Of a stretch of 64,000 nt of DNA, positions 24,401-38,109 are shown one piece after another. Each line of letters starts with the position of its first letter. Positions within the stretch are counted from its first letter, which is position 1. Source of the stretch: Antedon mediterranea (lineage: Eukaryota > Animalia > Echinodermata); the NCBI RefSeq assembly GCF_964355755.1, contig NC_092675.1, positions 11,899,812 through 11,963,811 of the forward strand, written 5' to 3'. Position numbers and translations under genes: made by a program. The notes under the pieces were generated by a model that had not been told where the DNA came from, did no database searches, and saw only the letters and a list, made by a program, of their open reading frames with translations.

Positions 24401-27400
24401 TATTCTTAATACAAAATCGAAATGGATTTAGTGTTACTTTCGAAAGTTTTGATCATTTTGTATATGGTAAGAGAACTAAATAAACGCAAGCAGAAGAAAA
24501 AAACGATTGCAAAAGAAACGCAGTGTGTGGGTGAAACAACCATGGATACAGCGGCGAAAATCCCATGGAGCATACCATGATTTAATAAAGGAACTGGACG
24601 TAGAAGACATAGAAAAATATAATAATTTTATCTATAATTATATATAAATATATAATATATTATGACTTTTAATAACACTTTATAATCTTTGTATTCCATT
24701 CAACTCCTAACTAAAGTTATTTCAGGTATCTATAATCAAAATATATATAGTGAACTATATTATATCTCTCTGCTACAATATTCAGATGTTGATCCCTACC
24801 AAGCCAAATTCCTGCCCATCTGATTGGCTATTGGTGTAAAAAACTGGTGTCAGTTTCGTTAATAATAGGACATGCACTAAAACTTATAAGTCACTATTTT
24901 CTCTCTTTTATACACAAGGGAGCAGTTAAAATAATAGATTTGACCCTAAAGGTGACTTGAAACAGGCACTTTCCATCAATCAATACAGTGTCCCTTTGGA
25001 AGACGGAAGAAAAAACCCGATCGTGGTACTGGAGCTTTAGATGCAAAGTTACCTGTGTTTATCACCGTTTTTATGTTTTCTGGTGAGTTTCGGAACCTAT
25101 ATATAGTAGTTATGTTTTTACCTTAGAATCTGATAGTTGTTATTTTGTTAGTTGTTACTTATTATATTGGAAGAATTTTATGGATCTTTGGTCCAACATG
25201 TTACCACAAGGATGACAAGGTGTGGCTCGTCGTTGTTTCGAGCTTCCCGTTAACGAAGAATGTACACCTATGTTAACGTTGTATGCCATATGTTAGCACT
25301 GTATGCCGTATGTTAAGCCTAAAATACAACTAGCGTTTATCCATATATATTTTAAGCACTAGAAGGTTATAATTTAATCGTATAATTTTCTTAGTTTCTG
25401 GTCATTTATAGCTTCTGCTAAAGGACCTCCACTCGCCGATTTTTCTTAGTAATGAATATTTATGAGTTAGTTTAGAGATTGAGGACGGTGTTTACCAACG
25501 TTATTATTTAGTGATAATATGTTTCTTTTTAGACATTTTAAAGTTATCCAAGTGATTTGCTTCCCGAAGCTTCCTCAGATTGAATCCGTATTATGTTGAG
25601 TCATACTCTGTAAGTTTATTTGTAATAATCAGTTATTATGTTTACATTCGATTGTTCATAGGTTTTGATGTAACTGAAGTGTGTTATGCGTAACGCTAAA
25701 CTTTATTGTAAGAAATTGAAGTTTGCAAACGGTCCAATTACAATCACACAATTAAAGAAGAAATCGCACAATTAAAGAAGAAATCGCATATAAACAAAAG
25801 AAAGCATGGAAATATAAAACGAAATGCACAAATAAAGAAGAAACGCGCAATTATCGAAAGCTCCTCGCACAATTAAAGAAGTCCGCAACAAATTCGAAAG
25901 CCCCTCGCACAATTAAAGAAATCCGCAACAAATTCGACAGCTCCCGTCGCGCACAATTAAAGAAGTCCGCAACAAATTCGAAAGTACCTCGCACAATTAA
26001 AGTACAGTAGTCCGTATGGAACGCCATCGCTGCCTCCGGCAGCAAACTTTAATTCTATTCGGCTCTTTTACCATTACGTTCGGCTCTTTTAGCATTCGGC
26101 GCATTTCTATTCGGCCCATTTACCATTACGTTCGGCTCTTTCAGCATTCGGCGCATTTCTATTCGGCCCATTTACCATTACGTTCGGCTCTTTCAGCATT
26201 CGGCTCTTTTTTATTCGGCCCATTTACCATTATATTACGTTCGGCTCTTTCTAGTAGGCCTGTTAAGTGAACCAATCCTTCAAACATTCTGAAACTTTGC
26301 ACAGTTATTCATTAGGGTGTCAGAAATATGAAATGGAAGGATTGCACAAAATTTGGTCAGGGGAAAGTCGCCATTTTGGATTTCAAAATGGCGGAACCCA
26401 AATTTTCACTTTTCAGGTATATCTCTGCTAAAAAGGCACCTAGAGTTCTGATTTTAGGTGCAAATTATATGGTAATGGGGTCACCAAACATATTGGTTTA
26501 ACTAAAATTTTGATTGCATGGTGGCCATTTTGGATTTCAAAATGGCGGTTCCCAAATTTTCACTTTTCAGGTATATCTCTGCTAAAAAGGTACACAGAGT
26601 TCTGATGTTATAATAGCGAATGCAAAACGGAGCTGATAATGTCGCCATGAAGAGAATGATTGGTGTCTTCCAATATAGCATGGAATACATCGGCAAGCCG
26701 TTCGCTGTAGAACGAGTCAAGCATTTGCATAGACAAACCAATTACTTTCCACACTCTACCCAGCACCTTCTCAATTCAGTCTTTATCCCCCTTACATTCC
26801 CTTACTGATATTCCTAGCCCAATATACAATATGCCCAAATAGAACATCACTGATTAGTAAAACATAAACATTCTATAGTACAAATATCCTGCTTTACCCC
26901 AAACCGAGTTTCCTTAAGCAGTACGATCAACATGTCCACCCATTTTAAGCTTTAGTCAAACACTACTGCCAGATACTTATAATTGTTAACAATCTCTACT
27001 TCCTTTACTTTAATTAATGTATACTGTCAGACCAATTATTTTTTCGAAAATCAATCCTTATTTATTTCGTTTTATTTATGTTTAGTTCAAGAAAATAATA
27101 AATATGATTTATCTACCGATAGGATTGAGCCGATTAGAATGCATTTGCCAATTCTTATATTTCGGGGGCTACGGGGGAATCTACCCCCCTCGTCGGGGAG
27201 CCTAGCCAGCACCCCCCCCCCGTCGGGGAACACGGGTACTTTTTGTCGGGGAATATAATATACAGTAAAAAACGTTCGCGTTCACTTGGTATCTTCAGCG
27301 CCTAGAAAACCGCGACGTTTCATTGACCGTGAGAGTACGTCAGAGTGCTATTATGCAATTTATATGCATTCATTATTGCCAGCGATCTAACTTACTATTA

Positions 27401-30400
27401 AACATTAGCTAGGTACGCACTTGTCTGGCGGTATCCCTTTGTACAAATCGTTCAACGTTCGGTCCAGACGCGTGATATCATGTTCCATCCAGGGACCAAA
27501 ATGTGTAATGTAGTTATTTTCCAGGCGAAGTTTACCGACGGTTACGTCGTGTACTGTGTCGACGTACGCTACACTACAGCAAAAACGAATTATGTTAATG
27601 TTCGTATGTTCACCAATTTTTTAATTTACAAGTAACCTTCTGTACCCGTGGGGCACCTAAAATAAATATTTCATCCATTACTAAACAAAAAAAAACATGC
27701 CATTTTCGCTTAGCCAAAATCTTATTATAGCAAGTTATTACATTTTCAATGTCCTGTATGTCATGAATTTCTCACCACTCGGAAGTCCAGATGGTACGCA
27801 CGCATACACTTGGGAGGAATAAACTTATTTCCCCGACTGAAAAAGGTCTACGCTTGCGTTTTTTAAGCCTCTAGGCCTGATGTTTCCAAAGTATAAAATG
27901 CAATTTTGTGAAGACCTGCAGCTCTAGTTTTAAACATTTTCTTAGCTCAGCCCCAACAATAAAGCTGGTCATATTTCGAAGTACAATAAGTGCATTTTCC
28001 GGGACCTAATATCTCTATTTTTCAAACATTTCTTAGCTCAGTCACAACCATTATAGGGACTTATATATTTTGTTTCATGTTTTGAAGTATAATAAGTCCA
28101 ATTTCCGGGACCTCCAACTCTATTTTTCTAAATTTTCTTTGAACGTTTATTTTTTAAATTGAAAAATATGGATTGAAACAGTCATCGCGCATCGTTTTTT
28201 TGCACGCAGTATTTTATTTATGCATTATAAAAAATGGAAAAAATGGCTACCCTAAATCTGATTAAAATGACCTCAAATGACGCTAGAACGCATTGCTTCC
28301 TGGGGATTCTCCCCCTGGACCCCCACCGGGGGCCCTTGGTGGCCCCTGGCCCCCAGCCTAGTGATGCTCGCTTCGGTCGCATAGCCCCCTCGTCGGAGAA
28401 TGTAGCCCCCGCGTCGGGAAGATCCTGGCGCCACCGCCATCAATTAAGTTCAAATATATATTTGACGTCAGTTTCACAGTAACCTTAAAACTACTCAGGA
28501 CATCAACATGGTATGGAACGTTTTGCTGCTATGCCTGCAGCTAAAACCAATGACCTAGACGTTGCCGAAAGCAGACCTATCACTACAACTGATATTTTGC
28601 GAGATTACCCCTTTTTTGCCAGCAGCAGTTTAGACCTACCTACCGGAAGTTTCCTACCTTATAATCGAAAACAAAATACAGGTATTGCAAGGAAAAATTA
28701 CATTTGTATATTGTTAGGTACGGTGGCCCACAACTGTCACGCACACTATAACACAGAATCACACAATTAAAGAACGAATTACACAATTAAAGAAGGAATC
28801 ACTGCGCTGTCCGTTTGAGGAGTTTTATTGATCGTAGCGCCCTCTGGGGTCAAGTAAGGTTAGCTCTACCGCAACTTTCTTTTTAACACATCTTTGAAAG
28901 ATGTATCTTTAAAGCTCCAGTCCCACGATCGGGTTTTTTCTTCCGTCTTCCAAAGGGACTTGTATTGATTGATAGGACGTCAGGAGAAGAGTGTTGCAAT
29001 CCCACAGTCATTTCTTCACTTGGTCACTAATGACCTACTTTTTGAATAGAATGTCATAAGCTTGCAATTTAGGGACAATCTTTGTATATTGTAGGTATTC
29101 AAGGATTGACCTTGTCAACCATTGTGTAAATACTTTCTCTGCTCTCTGCTTTGCTATTCTATTTATCATTTAGAATTCAATTGTGATATTGTATATTCTT
29201 AATACAAAATCGAAATGGATTTAGTGTTACTTTCGAAAGTTTTGATCATTTTGTATATGGTAAGAGAACTAAATAAACGCAAGCAGAAGAAAAAAACGAT
29301 TGCAAAAGAAACGCAGTGTGTGGGTGAAACAACCATGGATACAGCGGCGAAAATCCCATGGAGCATACCATGATTTAATAAAGGAACTGGACGTAGAAGA
29401 CATAGAAAAATATAATAATTTTATCTATAATTATATATAAATATATAATATATTATGACTTTTAATAACACTTTATAATCTTTGTATTCCATTCAACTCC
29501 TAACTAAAGTTATTTCAGGTATCTATAATCAAAATATATATAGTGAACTATATTATATCTCTCTGCTACAATATTCAGATGTTGATCCCTACCAAGCCAA
29601 ATTCCTGCCCATCTGATTGGCTATTGGTGTAAAAAACTGGTGTCAGTTTCGTTAATAATAGGACATGCACTAAAACTTATAAGTCACTATTTTCTCTCTT
29701 TTATACACAAGGGAGCAGTTAAAATAATAGATTTGACCCTAAAGGTGACTTGAAACAGGCACTTTCCATCAATCAATACAGTGTCCCTTTGGAAGACGGA
29801 AGAAAAAACCCGATCGTGGTACTGGAGCTTTAGATGCAAAGTTACCTGTGTTTATCACCGTTTTTATGTTTTCTGGTGAGTTTCGGAACCTATATATAGT
29901 AGTTATGTTTTTACCTTAGAATCTGATAGTTGTTATTTTGTTAGTTGTTACTTATTATATTGGAAGAATTTTATGGATCTTTGGTCCAACATGTTACCAC
30001 AAGGATGACAAGGTGTGGCTCGTCGTTGTTTCGAGCTTCCCGTTAACGAAGAATGTACACCTATGTTAACGTTGTATGCCATATGTTAGCACTGTATGCC
30101 GTATGTTAAGCCTAAAATACAACTAGCGTTTATCCATATATATTTTAAGCACTAGAAGGTTATAATTTAATCGTATAATTTTCTTAGTTTCTGGTCATTT
30201 ATAGCTTCTGCTAAAGGACCTCCACTCGCCGATTTTTCTTAGTAATGAATATTTATGAGTTAGTTTAGAGATTGAGGACGGTGTTTACCAACGTTATTAT
30301 TTAGTGATAATATGTTTCTTTTTAGACATTTTAAAGTTATCCAAGTGATTTGCTTCCCGAAGCTTCCTCAGATTGAATCCGTATTATGTTGAGTCATACT

Positions 30401-33400
30401 CTGTAAGTTTATTTGTAATAATCAGTTATTATGTTTACATTCGATTGTTCATAGGTTTTGATGTAACTGAAGTGTGTTATGCGTAACGCTAAACTTTATT
30501 GTAAGAAATTGAAGTTTGCAAACGGTCCAATTACAATCACACAATTAAAGAAGAAATCGCACAATTAAAGAAGAAATCGCATATAAACAAAAGAAAGCAT
30601 GAAAATATAAAACGAAATGCACAAATAAAGAAGAAACGCGCAATTATCGAAAGCTCCTCGCACAATTAAAGAAGTCCGCAACAAATTCGAAAGCCCCTCG
30701 CACAATTAAAGAAATCCGCAACAAATTCGACAGCTCCCGTCGCGCACAATTAAAGAAGTCCGCAACAAATTCGAAAGTACCTCGCACAATTAAAGTACAG
30801 TAGTCCGTATGGAACGCCATCGCTGCCTCCGGCAGCAAACTTTAATTCTATTCGGCTCTTTTACCATTACGTTCGGCTCTTTTAGCATTCGGCGCATTTC
30901 TATTCGGCCCATTTACCATTACGTTCGGCTCTTTCAGCATTCGGCGCATTTCTATTCGGCCCATTTACCATTACGTTCGGCTCTTTCAGCATTCGGCTCT
31001 TTTTTATTCGGCCCATTTACCATTATATTACGTTCGGCTCTTTCTAGTAGGCCTGTTAAGTGAACCAATCCTTCAAACATTCTGAAACTTTGCACAGTTA
31101 TTCATTAGGGTGTCAGAAATATGAAATGGAAGGATTGCACAAAATTTGGTCAGGGGAAAGTCGCCATTTTGGATTTCAAAATGGCGGAACCCAAATTTTC
31201 ACTTTTCAGGTATATCTCTGCTAAAAAGGCACCTAGAGTTCTGATTTTAGGTGCAAATTATATGGTAATGGGGTCACCAAACATATTGGTTTAACTAAAA
31301 TTTTGATTGCATGGTGGCCATTTTGGATTTCAAAATGGCGGTTCCCAAATTTTCACTTTTCAGGTATATCTCTGCTAAAAAGGTACACAGAGTTCTGATG
31401 TTATAATAGCGAATGCAAAACGGAGCTGATAATGTCGCCATGAAGAGAATGATTGGTGTCTTCCAATATAGCATGGAATACATCGGCAAGCCGTTCGCTG
31501 TAGAACGAGTCAAGCATTTGCATAGACAAACCAATTACTTTCCACACTCTACCCAGCACCTTCTCAATTCAGTCTTTATCCCCCTTACATTCCCTTACTG
31601 ATATTCCTAGCCCAATATACAATATGCCCAAATAGAACATCACTGATTAGTAAAACATAAACATTCTATAGTACAAATATCCTGCTTTACCCCAAACCGA
31701 GTTTCCTTAAGCAGTACGATCAACATGTCCACCCATTTTAAGCTTTAGTCAAACACTACTGCCAGATACTTATAATTGTTAACAATCTCTACTTCCTTTA
31801 CTTTAATTAATGTATACTGTCAGACCAATTATTTTTTCGAAAATCAATCCTTATTTATTTCGTTTTATTTATGTTTAGTTCAAGAAAATAATAAATATGA
31901 TTTATCTACCGATAGGATTGAGCCGATTAGAATGCATTTGCCAATTCTTATATTTCGGGGGCTACGGGGGAATCTACCCCCCTCGTCGGGGAGCCTAGCC
32001 AGCACCCCCCCCCCCCCGTCGGGGAACACGGGTACTTTTTGTCGGGGAATATAATATACAGTAAAAAACGTTCGCGTTCACTTGGTATCTTCAGCGCCTA
32101 GAAAACCGCGACGTTTCATTGACCGTGAGAGTACGTCAGAGTGCTATTATGCAATTTATATGCATTCATTATTGCCAGCGATCTAACTTACTATTAAACA
32201 TTAGCTAGGTACGCACTTGTCTGGCGGTATCCCTTTGTACAAATCGTTCAACGTTCGGTCCAGACGCGTGATATCATGTTCCATCCAGGGACCAAAATGT
32301 GTAATGTAGTTATTTTCCAGGCGAAGTTTACCGACGGTTACGTCGTGTACTGTGTCGACGTACGCTACACTACAGCAAAAACGAATTATGTTAATGTTCG
32401 TATGTTCACCAATTTTTTAATTTACAAGTAACCTTCTGTACCCGTGGGGCACCTAAAATAAATATTTCATCCATTACTAAACAAAAAAAAACATGCCATT
32501 TTCGCTTAGCCAAAATCTTATTATAGCAAGTTATTACATTTTCAATGTCCTGTATGTCATGAATTTCTCACCACTCGGAAGTCCAGATGGTACGCACGCA
32601 TACACTTGGGAGGAATAAACTTATTTCCCCGACTGAAAAAGGTCTACGCTTGCGTTTTTTAAGCCTCTAGGCCTGATGTTTCCAAAGTATAAAATGCAAT
32701 TTTGTGAAGACCTGCAGCTCTAGTTTTAAACATTTTCTTAGCTCAGCCCCAACAATAAAGCTGGTCATATTTCGAAGTACAATAAGTGCATTTTCCGGGA
32801 CCTAATATCTCTATTTTTCAAACATTTCTTAGCTCAGTCACAACCATTATAGGGACTTATATATTTTGTTTCATGTTTTGAAGTATAATAAGTCCAATTT
32901 CCGGGACCTCCAACTCTATTTTTCTAAATTTTCTTTGAACGTTTATTTTTTAAATTGAAAAATATGGATTGAAACAGTCATCGCGCATCGTTTTTTTGCA
33001 CGCAGTATTTTATTTATGCATTATAAAAAATGGAAAAAATGGCTACCCTAAATCTGATTAAAATGACCTCAAATGACGCTAGAACGCATTGCTTCCTGGG
33101 GATTCTCCCCCTGGACCCCACCGGGGGCCCTTGGTGGCCCCTGGCCCCCAGCCTAGTGATGCTCGCTTCGGTCGCATAGCCCCCTCGTCGGAGAATGTAG
33201 CCCCCGCGTCGGGAAGATCCTGGCGCCACCGCCATCAATTAAGTTCAAATATATATTTGACGTCAGTTTCACAGTAACCTTAAAACTACTCAGGACATCA
33301 ACATGGTATGGAACGTTTTGCTGCTATGCCTGCAGCTAAAACCAATGACCTAGACGTTGCCGAAAGCAGACCTATCACTACAACTGATATTTTGCGAGAT

Positions 33401-36400
33401 TACCCCTTTTTTGCCAGCAGCAGTTTAGACCTACCTACCGGAAGTTTCCTACCTTATAATCGAAAACAAAATACAGGTATTGCAAGGAAAAATTACATTT
33501 GTATATTGTTAGGTACGGTGGCCCACAACTGTCACGCACACTATAACACAGAATCACACAATTAAAGAACGAATTACACAATTAAAGAAGGAATCACTGC
33601 GCTGTCTGTTTGAGGAGTTTTATTGATCGTAGCGCCCTCTGGGGTCAAGTAAGGTTAGCTCTACCGCAACTTTCTTTTTAACACATCTTTGAAAGATGTA
33701 TCTTTAAAGCTCCAGTCCCACGATCGGGTTTTTTCTTCCGTCTTCCAAAGGGACTTGTATTGATTGATAGGACGTCAGGAGAAGAGTGTTGCAATCCCAC
33801 AGTCATTTCTTCACTTGGTCACTAATGACCTACTTTTTGAATAGAATGTCATAAGCTTGCAATTTAGGGACAATCTTTGTATATTGTAGGTATTCAAGGA
33901 TTGACCTTGTCAACCATTGTGTAAATACTTTCTCTGCTCTCTGCTTTGCTATTCTATTTATCATTTAGAATTCAATTGTGATATTGTATATTCTTAATAC
34001 AAAATCGAAATGGATTTAGTGTTACTTTCGAAAGTTTTGATCATTTTGTATATGGTAAGAGAACTAAATAAACGCAAGCAGAAGAAAAAAACGATTGCAA
34101 AAGAAACGCAGTGTGTGGGTGAAACAACCATGGATACAGCGGCGAAAATCCCATGGAGCATACCATGATTTAATAAAGGAACTGGACGTAGAAGACATAG
34201 AAAAATATAATAATTTTATCTATAATTATATATAAATATATAATATATTATGACTTTTAATAACACTTTATAATCTTTGTATTCCATTCAACTCCTAACT
34301 AAAGTTATTTCAGGTATCTATAATCAAAATATATATAGTGAACTATATTATATCTCTCTGCTACAATATTCAGATGTTGATCCCTACCAAGCCAAATTCC
34401 TGCCCATCTGATTGGCTATTGGTGTAAAAAACTGGTGTCAGTTTCGTTAATAATAGGACATGCACTAAAACTTATAAGTCACTATTTTCTCTCTTTTATA
34501 CACAAGGGAGCAGTTAAAATAATAGATTTGACCCTAAAGGTGACTTGAAACAGGCACTTTCCATCAATCAATACAGTGTCCCTTTGGAAGACGGAAGAAA
34601 AAACCCGATCGTGGGACTGGAGCTTTAGATGCAAAGTTACCTGTGTTTATCACCGTTTTTATGTTTTCTGGTGAGTTTCGGAACCTATATATAGTAGTTA
34701 TGTTTTTACCTTAGAATCTGATAGTTGTTATTTTGTTAGTTGTTACTTATTATATTGGAAGAATTTTATGGATCTTTGGTCCAACATGTTACCACAAGGA
34801 TGACAAGGTGTGGCTCGTCGTTGTTTCGAGCTTCCCGTTAACGAAGAATGTACACCTATGTTAACGTTGTATGCCATATGTTAGCACTGTATGCCGTATG
34901 TTAAGCCTAAAATACAACTAACGTTTATCCATATATATTTTAAGCACTAGAAGGTTATAATTTAATCGTATAATTTTCTTAGTTTCTGGTCATTTATAGC
35001 TTCTGCTAAAGGACCTCCACTCGCCGATTTTTCTTAGTAATGAATATTTATGAGTTAGTTTAGAGATTGAGGACGGTGTTTACCAACGTTATTATTTAGT
35101 GATAATATGTTTCTTTTTAGACATTTTAAAGTTATCCAAGTGATTTGCTTCCCGAAGCTTCCTCAGATTGAATCCGTATTATGTTGAGTCATACTCTGTA
35201 AGTTTATTTGTAATAATCAGTTATTATGTTTACATTCGATTGTTCATAGGTTTTGATGTAACTGAAGTGTGTTATGCGTAACGCTAAACTTTATTGTAAG
35301 AAATTGAAGTTTGCAAACGGTCCAATTACAATCACACAATTAAAGAAGAAATCGCACAATTAAAGAAGAAATCGCATATAAACAAAAGAAAGCATGAAAA
35401 TATAAAACGAAATGCACAAATAAAGAAGAAACGCGCAATTATCGAAAGCTCCTCGCACAATTAAAGAAGTCCGCAACAAATTCGAAAGCCCCTCGCACAA
35501 TTAAAGAAATCCGCAACAAATTCGACAGCTCCCGTCGCGCACAATTAAAGAAGTCCGCAACAAATTCGAAAGTACCTCGCACAATTAAAGTACAGTAGTC
35601 CGTATGGAACGCCATCGCTGCCTCCGGCAGCAAACTTTAATTCTATTCGGCTCTTTTACCATTACGTTCGGCTCTTTTAGCATTCGGCGCATTTCTATTC
35701 GGCCCATTTACCATTACGTTCGGCTCTTTCAGCATTCGGCGCATTTCTATTCGGCCCATTTACCATTACGTTCGGCTCTTTCAGCATTCGGCTCTTTTTT
35801 ATTCGGCCCATTTACCATTATATTACGTTCGGCTCTTTCTAGTAGGCCTGTTAAGTGAACCAATCCTTCAAACATTCTGAAACTTTGCACAGTTATTCAT
35901 TAGGGTGTCAGAAATATGAAATGGAAGGATTGCACAAAATTTGGTCAGGGGAAAGTCGCCATTTTGGATTTCAAAATGGCGGAACCCAAATTTTCACTTT
36001 TCAGGTATATCTCTGCTAAAAAGGCACCTAGAGTTCTGATTTTAGGTGCAAATTATATGGTAATGGGGTCACCAAACATATTGGTTTAACTAAAATTTTG
36101 ATTGCATGGTGGCCATTTTGGATTTCAAAATGGCGGTTCCCAAATTTTCACTTTTCAGGTATATCTCTGCTAAAAAGGTACACAGAGTTCTGATGTTATA
36201 ATAGCGAATGCAAAACGGAGCTGATAATGTCGCCATGAAGAGAATGATTGGTGTCTTCCAATATAGCATGGAATACATCGGCAAGCCGTTCGCTGTAGAA
36301 CGAGTCAAGCATTTGCATAGACAAACCAATTACTTTCCACACTCTACCCAGCACCTTCTCAATTCAGTCTTTATCCCCCTTACATTCCCTTACTGATATT

Positions 36401-36749
36401 CCTAGCCCAATATACAATATGCCCAAATAGAACATCACTGATTAGTAAAACATAAACATTCTATAGTACAAATATCCTGCTTTACCCCAAACCGAGTTTC
36501 CTTAAGCAGTACGATCAACATGTCCACCCATTTTAAGCTTTAGTCAAACACTACTGCCAGATACTTATAATTGTTAACAATCTCTACTTCCTTTACTTTA
36601 ATTAATGTATACTGTCAGACCAATTATTTTTTCGAAAATCAATCCTTATTTATTTCGTTTTATTTATGTTTAGTTCAAGAAAATAATAAATATGATTTAT
36701 CTACCGATAGGATTGAGCCGATTAGAATGCATTTGCCAATTCTTATATT

Positions 36750-38029
36750 TCGGGGGCTACGGGGGAATCTACCCCCCTCGTCGGGGAGCCTAGCCAGCCC
36801 CCCCCCCCCCCGTCGGGGAACACGGGTACTTTTTGTCGGGGAATATAATATACAGTAAAAAACGTTCGCGTTCACTTGGTATCTTCAGCGCCTAGAAAAC
36901 CGCGACGTTTCATTGACCGTGAGAGTACGTCAGAGTGCTATTATGCAATTTATATGCATTCATTATTGCCAGCGATCTAACTTACTATTAAACATTAGCT
37001 AGGTACGCACTTGTCTGGCGGTATCCCTTTGTACAAATCGTTCAACGTTCGGTCCAGACGCGTGATATCATGTTCCATCCAGGGACCAAAATGTGTAATG
37101 TAGTTATTTTCCAGGCGAAGTTTACCGACGGTTACGTCGTGTACTGTGTCGACGTACGCTACACTACAGCAAAAACGAATTATGTTAATGTTCGTATGTT
37201 CACCAATTTTTTAATTTACAAGTAACCTTCTGTACCCGTGGGGCACCTAAAATAAATATTTCATCCATTACTAAACAAAAAAAAACATGCCATTTTCGCT
37301 TAGCCAAAATCTTATTATAGCAAGTTATTACATTTTCAATGTCCTGTATGTCATGAATTTCTCACCACTCGGAAGTCCAGATGGTACGCACGCATACACT
37401 TGGGAGGAATAAACTTATTTCCCCGACTGAAAAAGGTCTACGCTTGCGTTTTTTAAGCCTCTAGGCCTGATGTTTCCAAAGTATAAAATGCAATTTTGTG
37501 AAGACCTGCAGCTCTAGTTTTAAACATTTTCTTAGCTCAGCCCCAACAATAAAGCTGGTCATATTTCGAAGTACAATAAGTGCATTTTCCGGGACCTAAT
37601 ATCTCTATTTTTCAAACATTTCTTAGCTCAGTCACAACCATTATAGGGACTTATATATTTTGTTTCATGTTTTGAAGTATAATAAGTCCAATTTCCGGGA
37701 CCTCCAACTCTATTTTTCTAAATTTTCTTTGAACGTTTATTTTTTAAATTGAAAAATATGGATTGAAACAGTCATCGCGCATCGTTTTTTTGCACGCAGT
37801 ATTTTATTTATGCATTATAAAAAATGGAAAAAATGGCTACCCTAAATCTGATTAAAATGACCTCAAATGACGCTAGAACGCATTGCTTCCTGGGGATTCT
37901 CCCCCTGGACCCCCACCGGGGGCCCTTGGTGGCCCCTGGCCCCCAGCCTAGTGATGCTCGCTTCGGTCGCATAGCCCCCTCGTCGGAGAATGTAGCCCCC
38001 GCGTCGGGAAGATCCTGGCGCCACCGCTG
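36750..38029. mobile_element. hAT-like non-autonomous element, right end intact only in the fourth copy
   Basis: GC-rich subterminal cccc(t)cgtcggg motifs occur at both ends, with terminus ...CCTGGCGCCACCGCTG (CAG-type TIR). No matching left TIR was found. Copies 1-3 end ...CCACCGC at the array junction. Confidence 0.55.
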
Positions 38030-38071
38030 ATTAGATCTGTATGAAAATACTAAATACGTAAATTGTACAAT

Positions 38072-38109
38072 ACTAGAGGGTGAGCTCGCTTCGCTCGCTC
38101 CCCCTCTAG
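38072..38109 (-). mobile_element. Helitron-type 3' terminal hairpin remnant
   Basis: The minus strand reads ctagaggg-ggagcgagcgaagcgagc-tcaccctCTAGT: a GC hairpin ending in CTAG|T. Confidence 0.5.

Larger units (their letters stand above)
18850..38029. repeat. Four head-to-tail copies of a ~4,795-bp unit (starts 18850, 23646, 28439, 33234)
   Basis: The sequence and the small ORFs recur at periods of 4796, 4793 and 4795 bp. Copies differ by a few substitutions and poly-C length. Confidence 0.98.

Noticed and set aside
18924-38030. Recurring 60-95 aa ORFs in each array unit
   Set aside because: They have no recognisable motifs, overlap minisatellites and MITEs, and recur only because the DNA is duplicated. 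One is frameshifted by a poly-C change in copy 4.
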